Shown here: positions 38,687 through 53,239 of the stretch, in pieces
How positions within the stretch are numbered: position 1 is the stretch's first letter
Layout: the number at the start of each line of letters is the position of its first letter
Assembly: GCF_009914755.1 (NCBI RefSeq)
Contig: NC_060930.1
Direction: 5' to 3' (one strand)
DNA length: 64,000 bases
From: the human T2T-CHM13v2.0 reference genome, Homo sapiens
Notes under the pieces: model-generated
What the model was told of the DNA's origin: nothing
The model's database searches: none
What the model saw: the letters and a program-made list of their open reading frames with translations, nothing else
Position numbers and translations under genes: made by a program

Positions 38687-39068
38687 ATATTTTTCTTTAC
38701 TTAACTGAAGAGAATTATAATAGCTGTTTTGTAGTCCTTACCTGATAATTCCAACATCTGGGTCATCTCAGAGTTGGCATTTGTTGATTGTCTTTTTCCC
38801 TAGCAATGGGTCATATTTTCTGGACTTTTGTTGAATAATTTTGGATTGTACCCTGGACGTTATAAATATTATGTTGTACAGACTCTAGAATCCATCATAT
38901 TGCTTTAAAGAGTGTTGAAGTTTTTGTTTTAGTCCATAGTTGACTTGGTTGGACTCAAATTGTATACTTCCATGTCTGCAGTTGTTGACAGCTCAAATGT
39001 AAGTGACTTCTTAGCTGCAAGTTACTTTCTGTTTGTTTCATAAGTGTTTAGTTCAGAGATTATCCAGA
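38687..39068 (-). repeat. Right arm of 382-bp inverted repeat
   Basis: Reverse complement of 37602-37983; collinear with the surrounding antisense L1M. Confidence 0.98.
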
Positions 39069-39959
39069 AACTTGAGCTAAATTTAAGTGTCAAGTTCGGT
39101 TTTTGCTTTTCTGGCTCTCCCCTTTCTCAGGTATCCTTTTCACTCTCCAGCAGGTTTGGTTGTTTTTGGGGTCTTTTCTCTGGGAATAAAAAAGATGAGG
39201 AATGTTTCTATAAGAGTTTTAGCCATTTTTTCTAATCATTCAAGTTTGATTGTCTAGTCATTGTTGACTCCGTCTCTTTTAAAATCTATTATCACTTGTT
39301 TCACAAGTACAAATTGTTGTTTCTTTTCTCCTTCAGCTGACTCTCAATGATAGTGATCCATTTTACTCTGTGAATTGTGATTTCTGTCATAGATTGTATG
39401 AGAAACCTTAGAGAGTAATTAGTGTTTGCTTCTGCAGGGGACTAATGGATTTTCACTTGTTCCAGATCGTTTTTAAGTTAATTTCTCAGAAAGGGGTTTC
39501 TGTACCATATGGGTTGCTTTAATACTAACTGCACATACATGTGGCACAGGCCTGATTTTCCTATTTCTCATAGTTAAATATTTTTTACCCATGGACCTGG
39601 TATTTTGACAAGCTTTCCAATTTCTTTCCAGAGTCTGGTAGGTGCTGGTTTTCTCATATCTGTTTTGCCTATAGGGTGAACCTTCTTGATTCTAGGATTT
39701 CAGCTCCAGCTCTCAGTGAGCTTCCTAGGGCAAGTGTTGCTATCCATCCTGATTCTCGTGTTAAGCCTTCAGATTTAACTCCCTATTACCACTCTGACTT
39801 TTAGTTCAGCTCAGCTATGGATTTACTTTTGTGGTTGTGGTATATTTCTCAGTGGTAAAAATGGAAGAGGAGTATTTCACTTGGCATCTTACTCTATTAT
39901 ATTGACTAGAAGCCTCTTTTCTATTATTCTTCTCTCACTTGTAGTCAATTAATGAAGCC

Positions 39960-40310
39960 TGACTTTTATTCCTCTCATATCCTTTCCCATATTTTATGTT
40001 TCCTTTTATTTTCACTCTGGTTCTCTAGCCCCAGTCCAGGCTCTTGTCATATCACACTGGACTAGTGCATTCATTTTCTAATTCCTTTTCCTATTGCCAT
40101 TGTGTCTCTACTGAAATTTATTTCAGATACTGCTATCATAACACTTGTCATAAAAATTGACTGATCATGTCACTTCTCTCTACACAAGTCTTTAATGGCC
40201 CTTCAGTGCCAAGTCCAAACTCTGTTTTCAGCGTAACATGACTGAAACCTCTCTTTCTAACCATATCTTTCATTACCCTCAGCACAAACTCTGGGTTTCA
40301 GGTGAAGTTT
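39960..40310 (+). mobile_element. L2 fragment
   Basis: 'ccagtccaggctcttgtcatatcacactggacta', 'ctgatcatgtcacttctct', 'aagtccaaactc'. Confidence 0.6.
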
Positions 40311-41619
40311 CTCTATTCATTTAGTCCCTTTAGTCTGTTTGGTCATGCAACTTCGTCACTACTACTTTACTTCTGTTCTTATTATATCCCAAATGTGGAA
40401 AAATGTAAAGTTCCTTCCCCCAATTAGCGTACTTTTCCAAATAATATTGACAAAGTTGAAGTCTCTCTCCTTCTAAGGGTTCTTTTCTGAGAGTCTCCCA
40501 CGGGTCCATGTAAATTCTACTAGTTGCCTCACAAGTCTTTTTCAATGTTTTTTTCTCTCTCTCTCTTTGGAAGCTCCTTGACAGCTGGAAGGGAGGTAAG
40601 AAACTTTACTGTATGAGGAAAATTTGACTTGTAACATTTATTTTTCATAGTTACAAAGTGTCTTCCACGTAAGTATTTTTTGATCTAGAAAGTGAGAAGG
40701 TGAACTTTGATATGAGAATAAAGGGTGTAAAAAGGAACAAGAAGTACAATAATAATTGTCACTGAAATCTGGAAGAGATTTGAGACAATGTCTTAAGAAT
40801 ACAAGCGGCTGAAAATCGTAGGCACTTGATTTTCACCTACTTGATTAGCCATTGTGCTTGGGGCAAGCCTCAGAAGCTGCATGAAGGCATAGTTACTTCG
40901 AAAAAACCAAAAACCAAACAAACAAAAAAACCACAAAGATGCAAGCACCAAACACACGGCTCAATTCTAGTGGGACTTATTTTTTAAGAAAAACATAAAA
41001 TTGTAAGTTGTTTTAAATAGTCATTGCTTTTGCTATTCTCATCTTTAACTTTTTTTTAAACAAAAGAGAAGCAAACAAACAAGATAACCTACTAGAAAGT
41101 GCATCATACAGATACATTTTATCCATCTGTATCTAATCCTTGATAAAAACAATGTCTTTTTTGCTTTGTGGCAGAATGTGTAAAAAATAGCTCAGGTTTT
41201 GGCTGACCACAGCTCAGTATCAGCACATAAAATAGTGTGGCAAAAGAAAAAATAACTGGACAGCATTGAACAATTCATACTTAGATCTGGGCACTAAGTA
41301 TGATCTTACTATACACTATACTCCATGTAGAAATTTCTAGAAGCATAAAAACTTTAACATTACTTAGAAACACAAGCATGCAGTTGAATTTGTTTCTTGA
41401 AATACAACATCCAGGTAGGTGGGGATACGTGCCCCAGGGCAGTGGTTTGATAAACGTGTTGGTAATTTTCTCATGTTAGAGATGGCGAAAGGTATTTAAA
41501 GAGAATTAATTTTCTCTTTTGCAGAAGAGGGAATAAGGTGGCAATGTGTTGCTCTAAGGTGCCATACAAGGACCACTGTGAGTTGTTCTAAAGAGGCAGT
41601 TTTCAGCTAGGTATGACAA

Positions 41620-41990
41620 GACTATAGACATCATGATGCTCACTAAATAGTTGCTCCCCTATATTTCCGAGTCCTCCCGAATTTACACAGTGTGTGTGTG
41701 TCTTGTTCTGGATAATGAAATGTGAGCAAAAGAGATGAGTGTGACCTCTAGCTTAAACAGTAAATGCCATGAGTGATTTTCCAGTCGCTCTCCCATCAAG
41801 AAAGTGTTCCATAATGACACCAGCCACAAAATCCTGTAGCCTTGTCAGCTAGAATCTAAGAGTAGCTGTTTGAGCAGACTCCGCCCAAACTGCTACCATC
41901 ACATCCCTTACACCTCACAAAACACTAACAGCAACATAGGCGTGGTTCTTTTAAGCCACTGGAATTTACTACCTGCAGATTAATAGAAGA
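41620..41990 (+). mobile_element. Old MaLR LTR (MLT1H/I-like)
   Basis: 'ttctggataatgaaatgtgagcaaaagagatgagtgtgacctct' and 'ttttaagccactggaattt'. Confidence 0.55.
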
Positions 41991-42123
41991 CAGTGAATCT
42001 CAACTACCTTTTATTAAGAAGACTTTAAAGACTTTTTTTTCCTAATTGCTGCTCACCCTTACTTCACAATGAAGTTTTTATAATAATAATAATAATAATT
42101 ATTATTATTATATGGTATGGTAA

Positions 42124-42408
<285 letters not shown>

Positions 42409-44089
42409 TGCACTTAAGTTTTAATAGTACAGATATACTGCATATATATATGTTTATGCACATATTTTTACACAAAAAGTAAAATTATTTTGGATTAACC
42501 CTAAGAACCAATTATCCCCCTGTTGAGGGCAATATAATCACAAGAATGCAAGATTACCTATAACAACTAAACTGGTTCAGTAGTGGAGTGCACTACCCTT
42601 GAGAAGAGCTTCCCATAACAGGGATTGCTCATCCAGAAGGACATCAGTCAAAGATACTAAGGGCATGCTTCCCATTGAAGCTTCTTGAGTTCTTTAAAAT
42701 TCTTATAGTATTTGACTTCTTCCTTGTTCCTGGCATATTGTCCTCTGATTTCTGCCATGATAAACCACATAGCTCTTGATGTTTCTATCTTTTATGTCTT
42801 TTCTTTCTTTCTGTGCATCTCAATTGCGAGTCTTTTATGAGGCTCAGTCCCTCACAGCTGTTTTTCTCTCTGTATATGCATAACTAATTCAGTCTCAAGG
42901 TTCACATTCAGCTCTATGTTTATAAATTCCCTGACCTCTCATTTGAACTTCAAGTTCATATCTCCAATTATTTAAGATGTCTCTACTTAGGTGTCCAGTT
43001 TTCATTGCACAAGTCCCCCTGTTTCCAGAAATCCAGCTCTTTCTTCCTACTTATTGAAATTTGCTGAAGCCACAATCCATGTGGACTGGCCTGAGCTTGG
43101 GGTCACAGCACTGGAACACATCCAGCAGCAAAAGTATTTTCAAAGGGGTTAAAATTATTTTTTTATGATTGTTAAACATCATGACATAATATGTGTCCAC
43201 ATAAATGCTTCTTAAAATCCTATTTTCCTTTCCTATCTACTTTGCCTGCATACCATGCAGCTATTCCCAAGTATTTCTTTTCCATAAAATTCCTTCAGCC
43301 ATTCTAGGTCATTTCTCTTTCTCTCCTCTCTTAATTCTGCATCATGAAAGTCTAAATTGCTGTTTGGCACAAAGTTGGGAACATGTGTATGCCAAGTTTG
43401 CCATTAACATTACCTATTTCTATCACCAATTGTTGACAGACACCAGCCATCAAAAAGTCTTTTAAAGCTATGTTTGATCAAACCCCTAATCAACACCTGT
43501 TAGAGTGTCGGCCCAGCATGCAAGCACTCCCTTATCTGCCTCCCTCCATCATACTGAGGGGCTCTTCGTAGTCACTTTCTACAACATTATCATTTGGGCC
43601 TGGTTACAGATAATTAGACCCAGACTCAAAGTGGACCAATCAGAATATGCTTCCAGGGAGTTTTCAAAATAGGACCAAGGGATAATTTATCTTGCAAGCT
43701 GGATATGTAACTTGTAAGCTCAAGAACTGGCAGAAGTCAAGAGGAAACACTCATGACTTTCAGAGTGGGGCTACCCCTCTTCTGGCCTCCATACATCTGT
43801 TAGAAAGGTTGAAATGACAGCCCTCCCACATGAGGGACGAGTCTGCCCCTCGAAGGCTTTTTGCCCCATTTGCAGAACTTAGCGGTAAACACAGGTACTC
43901 AGTGCAAACCTATCCCTGTATAGAGTCCATTATTTCATCAGCAGGGGTCAAGGGGGAGACCTAATTATCTGGGCTCTCCTTCAAGATCCTTCTCTTTCTT
44001 TCCTAATACTTGTAGCTTCGATGGGACCAACAGGAAAACTCTTACCATTCCTGTTTATGTCAACTACCACTGGAAGCTGCCATGGTGCT

Positions 44090-44560
44090 ACACTTTCCTT
44101 TTCTAACTCCACGTTCAACCTCCCCTCAATACCTAAAATCCTCTCACTGTGCCCTCTGGAACTTTTGCTTAGTCATCAGCATAAATCTTTGTCCCCAAGT
44201 TCTTTGCTGATAATATTCCCTTGATGTTGTTCTAGCTGATATCTGGTTCTTCCCTGAGGTCACGTTTTCTTTCATACCTTGGTCTTGGGAGGGGGCATAG
44301 ATATCTTTCTTGCTCTTCATTGCTGCTTCTAGACCTGTGACTCTTTCTCTGTCCTAAAAATCTCTGGGACTGAATTTCCTATTATATTCTAGTATCTACT
44401 CTTTGCAGCAGTCATTGACCAGCCTCTGCATCACTCTCCTTCTTTCTTAAAGACTCCCAGATTACTGCTGGTCTCCAGAACACATTCCCATCACATTCCT
44501 CAATGATTTCAAAACCCCAACTTTCTGGCCTTTCAGGAAACTGACCTCTTCTCCACTCAT
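44090..44560 (+). mobile_element. L2 ORF (endonuclease-region) fragment
   Basis: 'tctggttcttccctgagg', 'ttcttgctcttcattgctgcttctagacc', 'gcagtcattgaccagcctct'. Confidence 0.5.
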
Positions 44561-47242
44561 AAACTTCCTTTTAAATTCTCAGTTTCCTCTTTTCAGTAAA
44601 ATAGATATAATAATGACTTCCTCTTAGAATGATAAGAAGTATTAAGAAATGTTGAAAAAACTAGCTACAAAAGGTTGCCTGAAGTTGAATCTGAATGACT
44701 TACCATTTTTAGCCTGGAAACTGTGACTGTGCCTTAGATAAAATTTCATGCAGAGGGCTAAAGTATATAAAAGCGGAGCTGCTTTTGTTGAAATGAGGGA
44801 GGGTGATGAGAATGGAGAGTTCTGTGGAGAATGGCCAGCTAAGTATGGAGGCCCTAGAACAGAATTTCTAGAGCTTGGCCCAGAACAGGTCGGAAACCAC
44901 TGAACTACAAGCTGTTTAATTCTTGATCTTTTCTGTGTATGACCTACATATCAATTAGAGTCATTTACCTAAAAATATACTTTATTGCTTCATAAACACT
45001 TTTTCACAAAAGAAAGATTGAACTACTAATCTTGGCTATTATGGGTAGTTAATAAATGAAAGCCGGTCCTATGATAAACTTTTTGGTATTTTTGAAAAAC
45101 TTTTATATGTGAAAAATAATAGAGTTAACTTTTTCTTCTTTAAACTTTGAAACAATCAAATTTTGGGGATTGGAGCTTGAAAATGTTTATCTCTTATGTT
45201 AAATTACTACACTTCCTTATGTTGGTTGATCATTATATAATGTATTATAGTTTATTTTTTGCCTTGCCTGGAAAAATTTATATAAGCTGTTCTTAGCTTA
45301 TCTTTTTTTCAGGTACAATTATCTTAATACCTTTTTAATTGGCTAATGTTGCTTTATCCTGATGATTTTGGTGACATATATTTTATTATGAAAATTTCAA
45401 ATGTTTTAGCAATAGAAAATATGTAGATTAAAATTAACATGATCTAAATAATAATGTGTAACTAACTGTAGAACAACCATACCTCAATTTTGTTAGTAAT
45501 TCATATTTTTAACTATTTACAATACATTTAAAGTTTCAGCAGTTGAAAACACTGCAAACATTTTCCTTCTACAATTTTTTTTGGGAGAAAACCCTCATTT
45601 ATTCAATAGTATGTCTTTAGGAATTCCAGAAATATTAATGTCCTTAGTGAAAGTGGCTATACCTAGTCAGTCATTAAAGCTATCTTTTGATCACAGAAAA
45701 AAAAAAAAGAAACATTCTATTCTGTTCAGCTCTGAGTGATAAGAAGTTACTTTATTTTAGAATACTTGTAAAACAGGTTTTAGTTTTGTAACGTTTAATG
45801 TTCGTGTCAAGAAAAGAGTGTCAGCTTTTTGGACAAAGTGCCAATAAACAACATGAAAAATATGTTGTTTTATTATTACATCATTAAAAAACTATAGTTC
45901 TTATAACTGACAACTCACTGTGAACATATAGTACGTTGTAACACAGATTAGTAGTATCCTACAATAGTTTTATAAGAATCTATCTCTTGATAGATGTATT
46001 TAAAATGATACATTTAAAAGTTGACATTATGTAACAAATAACATTAATCCAAGATTGCCATGTAAACACTACTGTAAGCACATAACCCTCTTGAAAAGCA
46101 TTCATAGAGATAAAAGAATTATAGAGTTTTAAAAAAGACTGGCACTGAACTTTGAATTTCAAGTACAAAAGAATACTAGTTATAATAAATAGAAATAGGC
46201 ATAGAGAAGATAATTTCAACACCTAAAAACAGATTCGATCATAAAAACTAACATTAGTTAATGGATTATAACTAAGCAATATTTTGCTTTAAAGGGAAGG
46301 CGGGGAGAAAAATTGACCTTTTGTGTTTGTTTGAGTAAATGTATATTTGGCACATTTCCAAAAAGATTTTGGATGGAAGAAAATAGCTACAAAGAAGCCT
46401 ATGTTTAAATATCACAGTTGTGACATAAACTGACAAACACCAGGCCCTTCAGCCTGTCACTCTCCTAGCTGAAGAAAACAAAGCAGGGACCTGAGTGAAG
46501 AGTGGCATGTCCATCAGGACGCACAATTTTCTGGCTTTTGTCATTATGTCACACATTGTATTTCTTTTAAAATATGCCTTTTTATTTTATACAAACCTTT
46601 CACAGATTTGGGGCATGTGACAAGCAGCCTAGAAAATAAAAAAATAAAAACAAAGGCAGTGGTGAAATTTAAAAATATATCCCTTAATCAATCATGTTAG
46701 GTGACACAAGACATGTCATCGTGGGCAGCATGCTAATGCTGCTGTTAGGGAGACAAGGAGAGGAGCGGAAGACTTTAATGACTACACTTTTACGTTTTTG
46801 ATCGTCTGAAATCAAGCTATATTTTTGTAGTTTATTTCTATCTCAATATCTCTACCAACATCAGTTGGTGAAAGTAATAAGAAACAATAGGTCACAGATT
46901 GCAAAAAAAAAATTGCAGCATAAAACACTATGTTTGGCCATTTCGCCCAGTGTTTATTCCTAATATTTTAGGAATGATTGCCTGACCCAGAATAATGCAG
47001 CTTTGTTACTGAACACCAAAGTGTAGAAGCATCCACTCTGGTAATGACATCAATCATCCCTGAAACATTTCTTAGATTTGGCAATTCAAATGTCCATTCT
47101 CTAGCATAGAGTACTTTATACAAAGTAAGCATGTGACACATACCTGACCAAAATTCACTCTTGGACTTTAACCTAGGAAACAATGAATTACTTAGGTCTT
47201 TGATCTAAAGGCCTCAGTTATTCAAATCACCATAATTGCAGC

Positions 47243-47780
47243 TGTCAGGACTCTATTCACAACTGACAGAATAAAACTCAAACTGACTTAGGGCATTTAT
47301 TGTCTTATGTTTCTGAAAACTTTAGATATCTGCAGCCAGAGGCCAGATCCAAGGCACCAAATAATGTCATCTAGAATCCGTTTTTAAATCTTTTGATTCT
47401 GTTTTCCTGTGTTTCCCTCTTTATCACACTGGTTCCTCCCATGCACTGGCAAAAATAGTGACTAGCAGATTCAGGCTCACTTCCTAGCAACTCGGCAACC
47501 CCAACCAGAAGAGACCTTTTTTTTTCCAAAAATTCCAGCAAAATGTATCAGATCACATTCATTAGACAGATTTGTTTTATTTGTCCATCTTGAACTAATC
47601 ATCATGGTCAGAGGATGAAGAGCTGATTAGCTGGGCCTGTGTCACATTCCCACCATCTCAATATCTTGGAGGAGCTGGAGGGCCTGGGGAGGGATGAATG
47701 TTTGGACTAGGTCAAACCCACACAAACAACAGGTTGAGAGTGGGAGAGCCTGGTTTGCCAATGGAAAATGACTACCACAA
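47243..47780 (-). mobile_element. Old MaLR LTR (MLT1J/O-like)
   Basis: 'tgtcaggactct...aaactcaaactgactta', 'tcttgaactaatcatcatggtcagagg', 'ctgattagctgggcctgtgtcaca'. Confidence 0.6.
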
Positions 47781-48160
47781 AAATCTAACCTTATTATCCC
47801 TAGTGTGACTCATCCTTTTTATTTTCAAGATGTCTTTGGACATCTTTCCTTAAAAGAACCATATTTGATTAGTTAAATAACTCTCAAGATGTTCCAGAGC
47901 TTCATTGCACAAATAACTGATTTACAAATTTCTGTATTTTACACATGCACAAATCAGTACTGTTTGCATGAATCCCATCAGTTAAGGATTAGTTTCTACT
48001 CTTCATATATTTTACATCCTTGAGAAGAAAACTTAGCAAGCCACACAGCTGTGTGTAACCAGATCAAGTATTCTATTGAATGAATGCAATCTAGTTATTG
48101 TTCCTTTCATATACGTAATAGATTCCTTTACTCATCTTAGCTGAGTGAAAAATAAGAGGC

Positions 48161-49319
<1,159 letters not shown>

Positions 49320-50546
49320 AGGCATTGAAAAGCCGTATTTTGACACTGGTGCTGTAATACTATCTAAACTGTGCATATCTTTTATTTTCCTTATTTTCTT
49401 AAGTTTCTTTTCTTATGAAGATAGTGAGAATAAACGTATAATTCCATTCCTCAGGCAGTGAGTGCATCGATGATTCTAAACATCATTTGGCCAGCTGTGG
49501 AGGAAGAATTCGTGAGAAGCCGTCTGAGTAGCTTTCAGAAGCAAGCATGAAGTTCCAGACAATTTTAATTTTATATAGTAGTTTTCTTAACAACCCATGG
49601 GACGTTATTTATACTTTAAATTTAGAGAAACTGATTTTCAGAAGGTTTTAATAACCTTTACCATATATTCAACTCAGCTTATGGTAGGGCTAATTATTAG
49701 TATATATTAAATTTGGGGACATAAAAACAATGGTTCTTAAACTTCCAAAAATGTTATTTTCATTTTCAAGTATAATATACAAGCATATTTTAACTGCACA
49801 ACTTGATGAATTTTCAAAAACTGAACCCACTTGTGTGACTAGTACACAGTTTCATAAATGATTAAGGTGCTAGAAGCTCTTTTCAGAATCCAAAGAAAGT
49901 TGAAGCCTCTTGCTCTAAAATAGACACTAACACAAAACAATTAGCTTGAAATTTCAAAATTTCCACAGAATAGCAGGAAAGAATGCCTGTGTTTATTTAA
50001 TAATAAAAACAAAGTAGATTTTCCCTATGAGAATACAACAGCCTAACTCATTTGGTTTTAGTTTCTTAGTTCAAAGAACAGGAACAAATGCTAATACGGT
50101 ACTAACCTCATTGATTTTTGAAATCACTAAATAATTTATGTTGAGTTTTACATTTTAATTGGTAATACATATTAAATAATAAATTGGTACTAATTATATT
50201 GCCTTGATTAAAAAGTAATGGATTTTGTTGCCGTTTTTCATAAAAAATATATTAATATATTTTTAGATGAATACAAATTTTTCTCAGAAGATAGTTGGGA
50301 AATTATCTTCATTTTTCTAAACTAGATTTTTGGCTCTTTTTCAACTTCAACTTACAGTTTATTAATCATATACACTTTGGAAGAAATTAATCACAGGTAG
50401 CAACTGTAACCGTCTATAGATTAAATATATAAGAATTTAGGATTATATTCTAAATTCTTCAATATTTGGACCCAATCGGACATTTTCAATTCAAGAAAGC
50501 ACAGTGTATTAATCATAAACACATTATTGGCTGGGAATTATTACTT

Positions 50547-50565
50547 TGGCCACCAGATGGAGCCA
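50547..50565 (+). promoter_or_regulatory. Candidate CTCF binding site
   Basis: tggccaccagatggagcca closely matches the CTCF core consensus. Confidence 0.65.
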
Positions 50566-52034
50566 GTATTGTTTCAGAAATGCAATGAATCCTGATATTT
50601 TTCACATTTTCCCACTCTAACCCAAACTAAAAGTTTTAAATTTGCTTCTAAATTTTGTCAGGAATTACAGAGATACTATTATTAATAAAATATATTATTA
50701 TTATTAAAAGCTATTATCACTATTATCTATAAACAAACACCTAAATTTCCTAAGTGTAAAATGAAGGAACTGTTTTCGGTACCTATTAGATCTCTTCCTA
50801 ATTTAGAATTCTCTAATACATGCTGAGAATATTTTTGTAGTACCATTTAAATTCCATTATGCTACCTTGATGGCATTCTTTGATATTTTATTATTCACAA
50901 TCATGGAAGTCATTACCGATATTATAAATGAGAACTTAAAGCATGCATTAGGTAATAAGATGGGGAGAAACAGAGGTGGAATAGAAAAGATTCTTACTGG
51001 TATTTATTATGAAAGTCCACTGAATATCTAAACAAAGTTCAAAATGTAGAGCCACCTGGTCCAAGAGAATGTAAATTTGTGTGTCTATCGTCCCAGTCTG
51101 AGGCCTCTGCAAGTTCTGAATAACCCAATGTCAATTCTCATCAGAAAGATCTAGGGAGGTAACACTGAAATGTTAAAGTTATTTGCAAAAGTTGGAATGT
51201 TTAAACATTATCCTCTGTTCAAATTGGATTTTTAAAAATTTGATACTCATGAGAACTTATGATATATTGAAGAAAACACATGTTCATATATGCATAAATG
51301 CATGTATGTATCTCTCTCTCTAATGTTGGTTTCTGCTGTTCCTTTGTTTTCTTTTCCCACGTTTGGTGCATAATAAATACCTATCTTCCAAGAAGTTGAT
51401 TCATATATGTATATTCTTAATATTTCAACCTCACTCTTTTTGTAGCATACTCTAATGAAATCATCGCTGATACCATGTTTGAACATGAAGTTGCTGGTGA
51501 AAGGGAAAATTTGAGCTGAGAGAAGAAATAACCTCACAGTAACAGAAAAGAGTTAATACAAAATGAGGCCATGGCAGCATTTTAGGAAGATTGTGTACAC
51601 GTTGGTGGCCAGGTCGTGACAGAGCTCAGCAACCTTTCAAAGCCAGTAACTCAGGGGAGTGGAATTCACACAATTAGACTAAGCATGTAGTGTGAGAAAT
51701 GATTTGACAATATGTGAAAGGCAAGAACAGGATGCTGTAATTGATTTCACCTATAAGAGGGCAGAAGGGAAGTTGTAGGTGAACAATAAGAGAAGTTGAG
51801 CTTTTGATGTTATATAAACTTAATGGGCATAGTTCAGAAATGGCATGTGGTCTCTAGGTTACTGTCAATTACAATCTAAAAATAAGGAATGGTTGCTGTT
51901 GCTAGGACTGTACCTAAATAGAATTGTGCTATGATTAGGCTAATGAAATATAAAATCTGTTTTGGGGACTCATTCTCTAAACGTGAAATTGGGGGGTGTG
52001 AGAAAGGATGAAAAGGAACAAGGAAGTCAAGCTA

Positions 52035-52240
52035 ATGGCTAAGAATATAGACTCAGAGGTGATATTGTGAGTTCTAATTCCTGTGCTGCCACTTTCAAGC
52101 TGGGTGAATTCAGCTTTCTACATCTATGTTTTCTTATCTGGAAAAATGGAATAAAAGTGATATTATTGCAAGCAGTTGTTAAGATTAATTGAGATTATAT
52201 GTAACAATAGTCCTCAATTTGTGATATATGCTTGGTAATG
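52035..52240 (+). mobile_element. MIR
   Basis: 'gagttctaattcctgtgctgccactt', 'ttttcttatctggaaaaatggaataa'. Confidence 0.7.
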
Positions 52241-53239
52241 TAATGATAATGGTAGTGAATAGTATTAATATCTCCAGACTATTTTTTTCCAGGAGATACT
52301 TGGATGGCACTGAGCAGCAAAGAACACCTCAGAGGAGGCAGTTTATCCTATTTACTTACTGGAGGAAATAGCAAATGGCTAAGATTTGCCAAAGGACTAA
52401 GTGCCCCTTACTATGGCAGGAAAAAGTATTCCATTCAGGTAATGAAGTCCCCTGGGGAAATACTAAGAGGAGAAGAGCTGCTACCATCCAGGATATACAT
52501 TTTCTAAGTGGCTTGCCTGTGGGCCCACTTTCCTGTTTAGTAGCGAGGATCCTTCAGAAATGTTGCTCAAGGACTAGGAAGATTGGACAAATGTCCCACC
52601 TACTGCATCTCTCTAAATCTTTATAGCTTGGGAAAGTGTCTAATTCTTAACAGAGCATTTCACTGATAAGGAAATTTTACTTACAAAGGAAAAAGAAAGA
52701 TGCAAATATAATTATCTACCAGAAATATAGTTCTGCTAAAAGTAGAATTTCTGAAAATTCTTGATTCGTCATGAGGACCTTTGATTGCTCAGAAGGTAGA
52801 AGGAGCAATGAAAATATTAGAAACTTCAGAGTTTGAACAGGTAATGTGCTATGGATAGCAAACAAGTCGATGGCAAAGAATGGGTCAGGGAGGAGTTTTG
52901 GCACCTGTGGGACCCCAATTATTCCAGTCATGAAGGAGAAAATGTGAGCCTGATTCTTACAGAAGCCCCATAACTACAGTGGGATACAAGCTAATGGAAA
53001 ATGACTTATCAGGGGTTTATAAATATGGGGTATGTCCATTGGTTTGGAGTCTTGGTCTTTAAAAAAACCTAAGGAGCAACAATTTATCATGTCATATTGG
53101 AAAAACCAAAGTAAACTTATGAACTTTAAAAGGAATATTCTCTCCAGGTCTATATGAAAAGTGGCCAAGAGGAGCAGTGGTGTATTTGCCCACCGCTGAC
53201 ATGGGAATCCACATAGCTATGTGCACAGATTTGGTCTCT

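Larger units (their letters stand above)
37250..39240 (-). mobile_element. Ancient L1M 5' region (ORF1 and ORF2 start), heavily diverged
   Basis: 'ttttgcttcatgtgttttgaggctctgt' (ORF2 start, antisense); 'tctgaaaatatctttatttcaccttcattcttg' and 'ctgataattccaacatctgggtcatctcag' (ORF1, antisense). Confidence 0.75.

Noticed and set aside
37602-39068. Inverted repeat read as the TIRs of a novel DNA transposon
   Set aside because: Arms and spacer are L1-derived and collinear with the flanks; there is no TSD and no transposase.
52293-52438. Candidate + strand exon (ttttccag ... cag|gtaatg); similarly 61932-62061 on the - strand
   Set aside because: Splice-like pairs are frequent by chance in 64 kb; there is no consistent gene model or recognisable product.
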